From Geosiphon pyriformis uo1 (lineage: Eukaryota; Fungi; Glomeromycota): a DNA stretch of 64,000 nt. The translations under genes were made by a program, and so were the position numbers. The notes beneath the pieces were generated by a model. It did no database searches. It was not told where the DNA came from and was given only the letters and a program-made list of their open reading frames with translations. Numbering within the stretch: position 1 is the first letter of the stretch; the number at the start of each line of letters is the position of its first letter. Shown here one piece after another: positions 1-12,977 of this stretch. The DNA lies in assembly GCA_016748015.1 (NCBI GenBank), contig JAAOMT010000227.1, positions 183,239 to 247,238 of the forward strand, written 5' to 3'.

Positions 1-515
1 ATATAGTAGCTTTAATATTGAAAAAAACAATGATATTATTCAACAAGTCATAAAACAAATCATAAAAACAAGTTATTAAACAATTCATTCAACAGTTCTA
101 CTTTAATTATCTTTTAGCCTTTACTTTTAAAATAAATATTCACAAAAACCTTTAATCAAAAAAAAATAAAAAAAAATAGAAAACTAAATGATCACAACCC
201 AAAGTATTAAAAAACTTACTTGTATTATTTATTGAATAAAACTATCATTCATCAGCTAAATCTCTTGGAAGAATAATCTTTGATCAAGATTATTTATATT
301 GTTACTAATTGATAAAAGCTTTATTATGAAAATTAAGAAAAACACTAAAGGCCATTAACATTCTATGTTTTTAGATTAGAGAAACACATCAGACAATTGC
401 AAAGATAGCCTCAAAAAAAACCCTAAACAGTGGGTAGATTTCAGTTTAGCCTCTGGAAAGAAGTACATAAATACACACAACAATTAGAAATTGAGAAATA
501 ATTTACATTGTAACA
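1..515 (+). repeat. 3' part of a Gypsy-type LTR (truncated by window edge)
   Basis: Ends in TGTAACA (509-515) like the other LTRs here; contains blocks resembling the A/B LTRs (ACTAATTGAT, GATAGC). No partner in the window. Confidence 0.45.
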
Positions 516-1287
516 TTAAAAAAAAAGTTTTCAGTATAATAGTAATATTATTACACAAATAAAATTAAGGAATTCATGAAAGACTGATTGCAATTAAAAT
601 AAAATATTGGCAATTAAATATACCAAGAAAACCATTCTATAATAATATCTAGATTCAAAAAACTCTATTTCTGTTTGGTTTAGCATAACTACTTGGTTTT
701 TAAGAAACAAACTAACCACAGTTAACTGTTTGTCTTATTTCTTTGATGTGGGCTTCTTAAACTTCTATACAGCAGACTTAATTAGCAATACTAGGGATAT
801 TTTGTTAAGATCTAGTTTAGATTCTTTTAATATGTATATAAATAGTTCTATTAAAAATTTTGGTTCAACTTTGGTTAATAGTAAAGTGGCTGCATTTTAT
901 TCTGATGTTGATTTTAAAATTGAAATTAAAGTCCATAGTATTATGTTGTCAACTTTGGCCAAGCTTAAAGCTATCTTTTTTGTACTTGTTTGTGTTTCTG
1001 TAAGCAGTGGCATAACTGTTTATACAGACAGTCAGACTGCTATTTATGTTTGTATTAATAAGTCTAGATTGTTTTCACCTGACTTTAGAAAGTGTCTATA
1101 AATAGAATGATATTAGATTGTTAATATTATTAAAAAAAAATACTTGTAATGTTTTGAATTAAAATTAAAAAACATGTTAATATTGTAGATAATATGCATA
1201 TTAATAAGCTAGTCTTTGTCATTTGCTCTTTTAAGACAATCTTTTCTATTGTAGTCTGTAAGTTTTTTCTGTGTTTTGATAAGATAG

Positions 1288-2141
1288 TGTTATTTATAGA
1301 ACATAAGAAGTATATTAACATGTAAATTAGCCAATCAGAAATAGCCATAGTAAATGTGGAATTCCAGAATTTTTTTCAAGAGGAATTGCAAGATTCCAGA
1401 AATTTCAGAATTCTTGTACAAGAAATCGCAAGATTCCTGAATTCTTGGATTTCTCTCAAAAAAAATTGCAGGATTCCAGGAATTCCAGAATTTTTGGTGT
1501 GAAGAATTAAAAAATTGAGGAATCTCAATTATGTATATATAACAGTAGTATTAGAAGTAGAAAAAACAGACCTCTCAGTTTAGATTTGATCTAAGCAACC
1601 TTCCATTCACAAATATTAATAAATAATTATTCTTTATTTCCAATCTATTCTCTACTATTAACACTTCATGTTGATAGTAATTAATACTTAACCACACTGA
1701 AACAATAATTTTTGATCATAGCTATTGACAGAATACTAACTTGCAATTGCTTTTGTTTAAATTCTTTATCTTCTTTTATTTTTTATTTCTTTTGTATTTC
1801 TTTTTGGTTGACTAATTGATTAAGGATTAAAGCACTGAGTTATAAACATCATAGGGACTGGTAAAAAATCTGTGAAACAAGGGTAAAACACTCATAGATT
1901 TGAGGATAGCTTACCAAGAGAATTACCGGCCACCATACTGAGAAAGAAATTTAATGGAATTGCATTTCCAGAAGGCTACTAAAACAACTATTGAATCTCT
2001 GTCCATTATACAAAGAATTCAACCAAAACCTTCAGATACAAACAATCTTCAGATTACCAACACTGTTATCACAAATAGCTTCTGAGCACCAAGTTATGGA
2101 TTTGTTATTTGATTCAAGACCCCAAATAATCATTTGTAACA
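1288..2141 (+). repeat. 5' LTR of element A (854 bp)
   Basis: Direct repeat of 11775-12627; CCAAT at 1331, TATA-like at about 1534. Confidence 0.95.
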
Positions 2142-2143
2142 TT

Positions 2144-2160
2144 TGGTGTTTTCTATGAGG
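2144..2160 (+). promoter_or_regulatory. tRNA primer-binding site of element A
   Basis: TGGTGTTTTCTATGAGG 2 nt after the LTR; a decayed version of B's TGGTGCTCCCTGTGAGA. Confidence 0.8.
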
Positions 2161-5100
2161 TATAATCTTACAAAAAACCAGCACCAACTACACCTATCCA
2201 AAAATGGCAGAATCAGAAAAAATAGGAACAAACCATTTAGGATTTGTGAAATCTTTATTTTAACACTACTGTCAACATTTGAGATTAAACCTCAGCAAAA
2301 TCAGTCTTCAATTTCTACATCAATGAGAGAATTGTCTATCTGTTAGAGACACCAGTAAATATCAAATCAGCAAGGAATACCTTTTATAACAAATTAATTC
2401 AAAACACTAGCCTACCAACAAACCACAATTTTGCATCTATCATCACAGAAATCAATAAAAAAATTGAATATCACACCCAACAAAGATACCCAATTACATA
2501 TGCCAGTAAAGGAAAAAAAAAACTGCAAACACCAGCAGTGACAGCTCAAAAGATACAACTACTTACTTGGAAGAAAACTAGAGTTGAGTCACCAAACAAC
2601 CCATTCTACTATTATACACCTGGAAGTGCCATCAACATAACATCAGTAGACGCATCCACATCAAACGTGACATTAATATTTGGCTGACTTCCATTTCAAA
2701 GTAAACAAAATAAAGCAGAGTTATTAAGGACCTATGGCAATTATTTTGAAGGATTTAAATTACAATCAAACATCCCATCAGAATATTAATCACCACTACC
2801 CCAACCAGATTTTGGAACAGCTAATCCATAGGAGATAATGGAATCAGAAAAAGAAGAAAAAAAAGAAGCCAAAGATCAGGAATTTACTTATCAGAACCCG
2901 ATTTCAGAAAACTCAGACATTGAAACCCCAAACTTTCAGACTCAGTGAGATTCAAATTTAGAAAATCCAGAAGTCAAAACTCCAAATTTTCAAACTCAGC
3001 AAAATCAGAATGATTGAAACCCTGACATTAATAATCAATAACACTTACCTTCAGTAATCCTTATCAACCAACTACCAATTGCTCCACAACAACAGCCACT
3101 GCTACAACCCCAAATTCAATTACCACTTCAACCACTACAGCAACCAAACTTGAATCAAATGGCTTATGTTCTAATAGTGAAACTCAAAAAATTCACTGGT
3201 AAAAAAAATAATGCTCAAGTATGGCTGAATAATATAGAAAAAGTCATTGCAGCCAATAGATGGAATGATGCCAGAGCCATGCAAGTCATCCTCTATTTTC
3301 TCCAGGATACCACCAATTCATGGTACCAAAGCTTGGTTAACAAATTCCAAAATTTCAATACATTTAAGCTTGTATTTCTACAATATTTCAGTAATAATAA
3401 TAGTATCAATTAACTGGCAAACACTTTTACTACTATTAAGCAAGGAGAAAATGAAGCAGTCACTACTTATTTAGGATGCTTCCACAGAAATTTGCACTAA
3501 ATCCAGGCCATATAGGCTGATTATTTCACAGTGCCACAAATTCTAAATCAATTGATTAGAGGCCTGTATAGTAGTATCCTCTAATACATATGTCCAATAC
3601 ATTCAGCAGATCTTCAAGCTGCCATTATGAATGCCAGAGATTTTAAAGCTAACCATGTCCAAGCTGTAAATCTAGTAATGAACAGATCATCTGAATTGGA
3701 TTCTAAGTTGAAACAATTCAGTAATTCCATCAACCAAAAATTAGAGGGATACTTAGCTAACAATTAAACAGTTTATTAACCTCCACAATAATGCAATAAT
3801 TAAGGAAATACAAATTGTTTTTAGAATCAGTCATGTCCATTATTCTCAACCAATTAACAGTGGCAACAAAAGATGCATTTTTGCCATTACTGTGGTAAAC
3901 AAGAACATTTGAGAATTGACTGCAAGTTAAAAATAGAAAACCAATAATCAGAAAATCAATACTGAAACTCTGATTGTTGGTTTCAAACTCTGAAATATCA
4001 ACCCAATCCAGAAATATATCAATCAAATTACCTACCAGTGACACAGCTACCAATTTATTAACCATTGGTATATCAAGCTTCACTCTATCAACCAGCAGTA
4101 CCAGTTATTTATCAACTGCAGCCACAAGTAATATACCAACAACCACCAATTCCAACACTATTATCAAACTCAGCTCAGATGACATCAGGAAATCCCAGAT
4201 TATGAATTACCCAAAACTGGAGATCAACAATGGTTGTTCACCAACTGATTCTCAGTTTATTCAACCAGCCATTAGGATCATGACAGCGGAGTTCAGAAAC
4301 CAAGTATACTTAAAACCTGAGTTTTCAAAACTATTTAAGTCTCCTGGTTACCTCAGAAAATGCCCCATCTAACAATTCGGAGACAAACCAGAAATCACTT
4401 ACTAGCAACATACTACCAGCCACTATTATAGAAAATGAGTCACTTGTAGCTATATTTCCCTTTGAAATTGAAGAACTGTTAGCAACTTTTTTGTTCAATA
4501 GAGCCACACTCAAGGAAAAACCAATCACTACCATGTATACTGATGCCAAAGTAAATGGCCATGCTATCAAACTCATCTTTGATAGTGAGTCAGCAGACAG
4601 CATTATCACACAACAACTCATGAACCAATTAGGTTGCCGAGTTGATCATGCTACTAGTGTTAGGATAATAATGGCTGATAAAATGACCAAGACTCCTATT
4701 AACAAGATTGATAACTTTCTCTTTGAAGTAAACAGTATTGTTACTCCAATCAAAGTTTTGGTAATAGAGACTACACAGTACCAAGCACTAGTTGGTAATG
4801 ACTAGTTAGTCAAAACAAATACTGTGCTTGACTGGAACACACAAGAACTACAGCTTAGCCAGAATGACCAACACATGCGAGTACCTGCCATATGTAGACA
4901 CTTCAAACCCATCACCACGCCATTAGCCCCACTTATCAAATTTGAGGAAGAGAAAAAGAAACCTATCTGGAAAGCCTATCAAGTGTCCTGGACTGATGAA
5001 GACCACAACAAACTATCATCAATATTCTCTTAAAATGACAATAGGAAAAAAAAAATGAAAAAAAAAACTTATCTGGAATGCTAACTGAGCCTAGAAGACC

Positions 5101-6218
5101 AACAATGATTAGGATGACCTAACAACTTAGGAGTAAAAAGAAGACAATCATGAAAAGAAAGAGAAAAAAAAGGAAGAAGATTCAATACCAACTACCACTT
5201 ATTATCTATATACTTACACTCAACCATTATTATCTAATTATTGTCAACTGAAACTAGAGTGCATTAATTGTGGCAAGAAATTGTCATTAATGGGCACATA
5301 CTATGGCAATAATAAGAAATACCAAACAGCAACCAAGTTTTACTGTTGCCCATGCATCATAGAATGCTTTGAAAAACCAAAATAAGTTGGAAAATAGGAT
5401 AATAAGTCATGTTTGGCTTGTGGAGAAACTCTTCTCAATAAAAAAATGTGGAACAACATTCCTGAGAGAAGGGGAACATATGGCAAATTATGTCAGTACA
5501 TGATTTTCATAAGTAACTGGATAAGAAAAAAAATGCCCATAGATGCTGCTTGGAAATGAGCAGTCAATTGCTTGGATGAATGTCCACAAAATTTGGTGAA
5601 TAGCTCTTGCCAAAATCAAAGGAGCATCACCAGAAGAAATAAGGATGATCAAAAATAATCTTCCAGAGCCAATAGAACTTGACTGGAACCCAGAACCAGT
5701 CATAAATCTACTAGATCCAGAACAATTCCACAAACACTACCAGGAATTAGCACCTACTAGAGAAGAACAAGAGCAATGATTGGAAAAAATAAACACAAGA
5801 CTATGTGACCACTGTTTAATCTCATGTAACTTTTAGTACTGTAATGAGTGTGATCTTATTTACAATCCACCACCATGCATGATTTACACAATCCCAGAAA
5901 AAAAAAACTAATCAACAGCTGCACATCAGAATCAAAATCAATTTTCAATTCTGATTCAAACTCTGACAATGATGACAACAAAAACATTGGTTCCAGCTCT
6001 GTTCAATATAGCAATGAAAATAACAAAAATTCAAACTCTAATTCAAATCCCAAAATATATATTGCACTTCCTGATCTCTCTAAGAAGCAGAAACTCAGAT
6101 GGTTTAGCAATAATAATGAAGGTATTATGCCTAAACACACACATGATACTGATGCAGAGTTTGATCTGAGATATCTGAGAAAAGTTGCCATCAGATTGGA
6201 ACCACATTCATGCATCTA

Positions 6219-7558
6219 CAGGGAGATATAAAAAGTATTGGACACTTTTATAATATGTTATATAAAAGAACTAACTTATGAATCATTAATTTTTTTTTAT
6301 TATATTAAAATACATGTTAGTATTTTGTTTGACCCCCATTTGCTTCAAGAATAGCTTGAACTTGACATGGCATAGACTTGATCAAATTATGATAGTAATT
6401 TACAGGTATCACATCCCATTCTTTCTTAACTCACTGTTCCAATTGTACAATATTTGAGGGTTGTGAATTACGTTGATGAATTTTAACTTCAATATATGAC
6501 CAAAGATTTTCTATTGGAGTAATATCAGAACTTTGTGCTGGCCAAGGAAGTAATTCAACATTTGAAGAGGTAAGAAAAGAATGCGTGACTTTTGATGTAT
6601 GAATTGGTGCATTGTTTTCCTGAAAAAAAAACTTTTTTTTGGTTTTTTTTGCATGAAGTTTTACCATAGGAATTGCATAATTAGCCAAGGTTTTGTGGTA
6701 TATAATTCTAGTAATATGACCAACCAAAGGAACTAAAGAACCCAAACCAACCCATGAAAAACATCTCCAAAACATGTGATCAAAGCTTTTTCTAATTGTG
6801 GCTGCAATACAATTCTTATGAAACTCTTTGGAAGGTTTATGCCATACATGTCCAAATTCTGTAGTCCTAAATTGTGTATATGTAAATTCATCTGACCAAA
6901 CAACTTGTTTAAAATCTTCTACTGTCCAATTTTCATAAGTATGAGCCCATTGTAAACATTTTTCTTTATTTGATTTGGAAATTAATGACTTGAGATGAGG
7001 AATGCATGAGCTAATCCATTTCGAATAGTTTGTATAGAAATAGATTTGTTGATATCTTTAATAAAATTCAATCGTATTTGAGAAAAAGTTTGGTGGCAGG
7101 TTTTTTTATTCTCCATTATTGAATATTTGAGTTGTTCATGTGCATGTTTGTCAAGAATTTGTGGTCAGCCCATTTGTTTTTTAGGAAGTTTTTTTTAGCT
7201 TGTATGACTTCCATACATGTATTACAGAAGAATGTGAACATCCAATAGTTATTGAAATTTTACTATTTGTATATTCTAACTTTTTTGCTGAAATAATCCC
7301 TCTTTTTTGGTATTCAGAAAGTTTTTTTCTAAGACACATTTGATGTGGTAAATTTTTTCATGACAAGAATGTTTGATATTTTATAAATATGCATTTGATC
7401 CACTGTTGTGTTTTACAAGGATACAATTTATGTTGATTTGTAGATTATAACTATAAGTAATTATAAAAAAAATTATGGCTTAAATTGGTAATGGTATTAT
7501 TATATATAGCCTTTTTTATATATTATATTAAGTGTCCAATATTTTTTATATCCCTCTG
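6219..7558 (-). mobile_element. Tc1/mariner DNA transposon (1340 bp) inserted in the dUTPase of element A
   Basis: 28-bp TIRs (CAGGGAGATATAAAAAGTATTGGACACT vs reverse complement of 7531-7558, 3 mismatches), TA TSD on both sides; removing it restores the ...CIYIDFKITL frame. Confidence 0.95.
6317..7339 (-). pseudogene. Tc1-family DD34E transposase (frameshifted)
   Basis: N-terminal HTH (LSEYQKRGII...IGCSHSSV), WSDE, FQE(D>N)NAPIH, WPAQSSDITPIENLW with 34 residues between D2 and E, C-terminus ANGGQTKY*. Confidence 0.9.
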
Positions 7559-9723
7559 TATATTGATTTCAAAATAACACTGAAAATTTCAGCAACAATA
7601 ATGGTTCAATTAGTATCTAAGAATAGCTTAGCCAAAAATAGAATCAACATTAGGAAAAGAATAATTGACACAGGATATATAGAAAATATCATTGCTATGC
7701 TACAAAATAACTTAGAAAAAGCATATATTATAGATCTAAATGAAAAGATAGCACAGACAATATGTTTACCTTTGGTAAAAATAGCTCAGTTAGTGTTAGT
7801 GGGAAACAGAGAAAAATTAAGAATTACCACTAGAGAGATACAGAATTTTGGATCAATAGGTAGAATAGATGTACCAGTTAATATGGCAGAGGAAGAAATT
7901 ATTAACAAGGAAGAAATTATCTCCACCCATCAACCAATTTTCATTTCACTATATGACCAGTATATGTTAACCATAAAAAAAGAAGTAAAGGATCAAGCTC
8001 AGTTGTTTGAAACAGAAGCTACCATTTGCAAATCAGGAGAAATTGGATTCACTAATCTTTACATACCAACCAAAAGCCCCAAAAACATCAAAATTTCTAT
8101 TTACAACACAACCAGAAATGTCATCAAAATACCAAAAAGAACTATTATTGGATATTTAACCACCAAAATTGAGAATCAACTACCAAACTACATTCCAAAT
8201 TTTCCACAGCTTTGTGGATATGTGGACATTATATTACAAATCATTTACAGACAAAATAAATGTTATCTGTTCCAACCAGAACAATTGGAACAGATAAACC
8301 TGGGAAACTTAGACTTACTTCAACAGATGTAACTCAAGATATTACTCAACAATTTCAAAAATATCTTTGCCAGCAAAAACGAATTTGATAGAACTGATAT
8401 AATCTAGTATCAGATCAAGACTGGAGATGTGATGCCAATTAAACAAAGAGCATACAAAGTACCACCAGCCAGCCATGAGATTATTCATCAAGAAATCAAT
8501 TGAATGCTTGACAATAGGCTAATTCAGCCATCAATGAGTTCATAGTCATTATCAATGGTACTAGTCCAGAAAAATAATGAAAAGATCTATTTTTGTGTGG
8601 ATTATCAGAAACTAAATGGAGTAACTAAAGGTGATAGCTATTCAACTCCAAAGATTCAAGAACTTTTTGATGCTTTTGGAGGAAAGAAATGGTTTTCAAC
8701 TTTAGACTTAGACAGCAGTTACTAACAAGTAGTCATGAAACCAAAAGACAAAAAGAAAATGGCTTTTACAACTTGGGAAGAAAACTTTGAATTTGAAGTA
8801 ATGCCATTTGGCTTGATGAATGCTCCAGCCACTTTCCAGCAACTTATGGAAATTATTTATACTGAGCTACTATGGAAATCAGTAGTCATATACTTGGATA
8901 ACACCAATGTATTCTCAAAAACATTTGATGATTATCTGCATCATTTCTAACAAGTGTTTGAAAGACTAAGAAGAGCCAAATTAAAGCTAAATGCAACCAA
9001 ATGTTTCTTTGGAAAATGAAACTCAAGTTTTTGAAACATGTGGTAAGCAAAGATAGAATCAAAAGAAATTCAAACAAAATTGAGATTGTCAAGAACTTTT
9101 CAGTACCAAATAATTTCACAGAATTAAGAGCATTCTTGGGATTTGCTGAATACTACTGCCACTTTATCAAGAACTTTTCCAAAATAACTCAACCATTACA
9201 CCAATTCCAAACAAAGAATACCAAATATGAATAAACAGAAACCCAGTAAGAAGCTTTTGATACATTAAGAAGAAAGCTTATTTAGGCCCCAATACTAATT
9301 TATCCAGATCATAGCAAGCCATTCATAATCACAACTGATACATCTGGTCAAGTATTGGAAGCATTATTATCTCAGAAAGAACCAAATAGATGAAAACATC
9401 CAGTAGTTTACACAAGTAGAAGTTTAAGTCCAGCTGAAAAGAACTATGGAACTCCAGTACTGGAACACTTAGCTATTTATTGGGCTGTCATTAAATGGAA
9501 AGAATACTTGAGTCAAAAGTTTGATGTATATACTAACCACAAAGGATTGACTTCAATCCAGAAACAAAAATTTGGAGACAATTGCTATACTAGATGGAAA
9601 ATAGAACTTTTACCATTCAATTATACAGTGTATTACAAAAAAGGAAAAAAAAACAGAAATGCTGACAGTTTGTTGTGGATGAGACAAATCTAAAAACATC
9701 TCAACCCAAAAATATAACAAAAC

Positions 9724-11078
9724 ATGAATATACAAAAATACCAACAACTTTAACATTATATAAATATTCAATTGTTCAAGGAGAAATTATCTCAAAAAAA
9801 CAAAACAACATAAAAACAACAATCAAAATATTTTATCAATTACCAAAATATACTTTACTGAAAAAACAGAAAGAGTTCAGATCAACCAACCAGAGTAATC
9901 ATAGAACTAGAGAAAGAGACAATATTGTTTAACATGCACTCAGATCCAACAGCAGAATATTTCCATAAAGAAGCAACTATAGAAAGAACCAGGAAAAGAT
10001 ACTATTGGCTATTTATGTATTCAAACATCATCTAATATGTTCAAAATTGTGATGTTTGTCAAAGAAGAGAAGAAACAAAATCCAGTAAATCATTAAGACC
10101 AATTAAAGTAAGACAACCATTCGATCGCATTGGAATTGACTTAGTAGAACCATTAACAATTACCAGCAGAGGCAACAGATATATTGCAGTAGCCATGAAT
10201 TATCTCACAAAATAGCCAGAAGCAAAAGCCATTCAAAAAGCAGATGCAAAATTTATTGCTGAATTTGTTCATCAAGATTTGATCTGTTGACATGGATGTT
10301 CAAAAGAACTATTATCAGATCAAAGAACTCACTTTGTAAATAGAACATTGGCAGAATTAAGTCAAAGATTTGGGATAAAAAAACTATTATTATCACCATA
10401 CTATCTACAAACAAATGGGCTAGTAGAAAGATTTAACAGAACATTGTGTGAAGCAATTGCCAAGATCAGCCAAAAAAACCAGAATGAATGAGATTTGATC
10501 ATACCATTAGTATTATTTGCTTATTGAACAATAAAGCAAGACACTACACAAGCAACACCATTTGAATTGATATATAATAGAACAGCAATATTACCAGTTA
10601 AGATAGAAGTTAAAACATATTCAACAGAACTAATAACAGAAGAGCATATAACTTAATGGAGACATTAGAAAACACATGACAAAGAGCAGCTGATAACATT
10701 CAGAAGTCACAAAAAAAACAAAAAAAAAGACACAATAACCAACTACCAGAGAAACCAGTTGAGTTCAAAATTGGAGACAAAGTACTTCTATATTGTACCA
10801 AAATGAAAAAACAATAAAGTGGAAAATTTGACCCCAAATGGAATAGACTATTTCACATAGAAGAAATTCTTAGAAATAGAGCTTATAAACTGAGATTAAA
10901 CAACAAAATCTTAACCAAAGCAGCACATGGTAATTGACTGAAACCATATTACTATATAGCATTATTATTTACCAGTAATATTCCACAATTAAGAGTACAA
11001 TGAATATTAGTCCAACCAGATAAGATTCCATGAGATCTGAAACCAATAATAATCATTGAACCAAACATATTGAATTAA
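9724..11078 (+). pseudogene. Integrase ORF of element A (separate from RT-RH)
   Basis: Starts MNIQKYQQL after the stop at 9693; HHCC remnant, IGIDLV, NGLVERFN and GPY/F-type tail. Confidence 0.85.
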
Positions 11079-11102
11079 ACAAATAAAAGAATATAAAAAG
11101 AC

Positions 11103-11760
11103 ATGGTAGATGTGACAAAAAACATCAGAAAAATGGAAATTACCAACAACATTTATTCACTAGCACAACAACTCTTCTAATTAATCTAACAATGGGATAT
11201 GGAAATTACTATCAATTAACAAACCATTAGATACAGAGATACCAGAAAAATACCTCAATACAAAGTACAAAAGAAAATGGAAAACACTGTTAATAAAATA
11301 ATTTTAAAAGTAAAATTGGCAATAGAAGAGCCAACAAGTATTACCACATATCAAGAAGTGATTAAAAAAACTTGGATGTGGTGGATACAACAATTTCCAA
11401 GAAACTTTGTTACTTTTACTTGGGACAAAATCTGAATATTCAAAACTTATATACAGATAAAACAAAATAATTGTTCAATACAACAATACTACAACAACTT
11501 GAAAAATTTGTGGGAAAAAACAATCTAACAACACAAGCAAAAGCCATCTATTAATTACATGCTGAATTTCAAGACCAACCAAAAATCTTACTTAATCCAG
11601 TAATAGACACTATTACTATTAACCAGATGAGAAGAATAACCAATGCCCAATTCAAAAAGTTATAGAACAAGATAACACAAATAATACTTGAAAAAAAGTC
11701 CAAAAAATACTTAACAACAGAAAGTTAGAATTAGGAGATCTCGATGGAGCTCAATATTAA
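11103..11760 (+). pseudogene. ORF3 of unknown function, element A
   Basis: Homologous to 40263-40913; ends DLDGAQY* directly before the PPT. Confidence 0.7.
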
Positions 11761-11774
11761 AAAGAAGAGAATAA
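11761..11774 (+). promoter_or_regulatory. Polypurine tract of A
   Basis: AAAGAAGAGAATAA immediately before the 3' LTR. Confidence 0.8.
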
Positions 11775-12627
11775 TGTTACTTATAGAACATAAAAAGTAT
11801 ATTAGCATGTAAATTAGCCAATCAGAAGTAACTGTAGTAAATATAGAATTCCAGGATTCTTTTCAAGAGGAATTGCAGGATTCCAGAAATTTCAGGATTC
11901 TTGTACAAGAAATTGCAGGATTTCAGAATTCCAGGATTTCTCTCAAAAAAAATTGCAGGATTTCAGGAATTCTAAGATTCCTGGTGTGAAAAATTGAGGA
12001 ATTGAGAAATCTCAATTATGTATATATAGCAGTAGTATTAGAAGTAGAAAAGACAGACCTCTTAGTTTAGATTTGATCTAAGCAACTTTTCATTCACAAA
12101 TATCAATAAATAATTATTCTTTATCTCCAATCTATTCTCTACTATCAACACTTCATGTTGATAGTAATTGATACTTAACCACACTGAAACAATAATTCTT
12201 GATTATGGCTATTATTGGGATATTAATTTGCAATTGCTTTTGTTTAAATTCTTTATCTTCTTTTATTTTTTATTTCTTTTGTATTTTTTTTGGCTGACTA
12301 ATTGATTAAGGATTAAAGCACTAAGTTACAGATATCATAGGGACTGGTAAAAGACCTGTAAAACAAGGGTAGAACACTCATAGATTTGAAGATAGCTTAT
12401 CAAGAGAATTATCAGTCATCATGTTGAGAAAGAAATTCGATGGAATTGCAATTCTGGAAGACTACTGAAACAACTATTGAATCTCTGTCCATTATACAAA
12501 AAACTCAACCAAAACCTTCAGATACAAACAATCTTCAGATTACTAACACCATTATTGCAAATAACTTCTAAGCACCAAATTATGAATTTGTTATTTGATT
12601 CGAGACCCCAAATAATCATCTGTAACA
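11775..12627 (+). repeat. 3' LTR of element A (853 bp)
   Basis: Direct repeat of 1288-2141, followed by TSD ATAG. Confidence 0.95.
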
Positions 12628-12977
12628 ATAGTATTGTTCTGCAACATTTGTTACTACATTAGAAATTTCTACAGAACTTTGTGTTGAGCTAAGTAAGAAG
12701 TTGGATTCAAATTCAGAGTAAAAAGTGTTTATGATATTCATAAAATAGACTAAAAAAAAATTTCTAAAATCTGACATCTTGGTAAACATATAGTTATTGG
12801 CTTTACAAGTCACTCATCAGCTGCTTTGAATACTTATCTTTTAAAGGCTTTATATGGGCATCTATCAGTGACTGTTCAAAAACATCTGTACAATACATTT
12901 TATTTTAGTATAAAGTATGTATTTTGAAATTAATACTTCTAATCATGTTTTTGGGTGTTCTTATAATAATGCTGCAT

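Larger units (their letters stand above)
2204..9693 (+). pseudogene. Gag-protease-Cys-rich-dUTPase-RT-RNase H polyprotein of A (many stops, interrupted by Tc1)
   Basis: Gag (FTGKKNNAQVWL), protease LIFDSESADSII, dUTPase motifs, RT (MPFGLMNAPATFQ, YLDN), RNase H (AEKNYG, FDVYTNHK); ends RQI-TAA at 9691-9693. Confidence 0.9.
1288..12627 (+). mobile_element. Ty3/Gypsy LTR retrotransposon A (complete, degenerate, dUTPase-bearing)
   Basis: Paired LTRs with TGTTA...TGTAACA termini, 4-bp TSD ATAG (1284-1287, 12628-12631), PBS, PPT, and order PR-RT-RH-IN. Confidence 0.96.

Noticed and set aside
1358-1500. Short palindromic repeats resembling a CRISPR array
   Set aside because: There are no unique 25-40 nt spacers and no cas genes, and the repeats recur in every A/B-family LTR.
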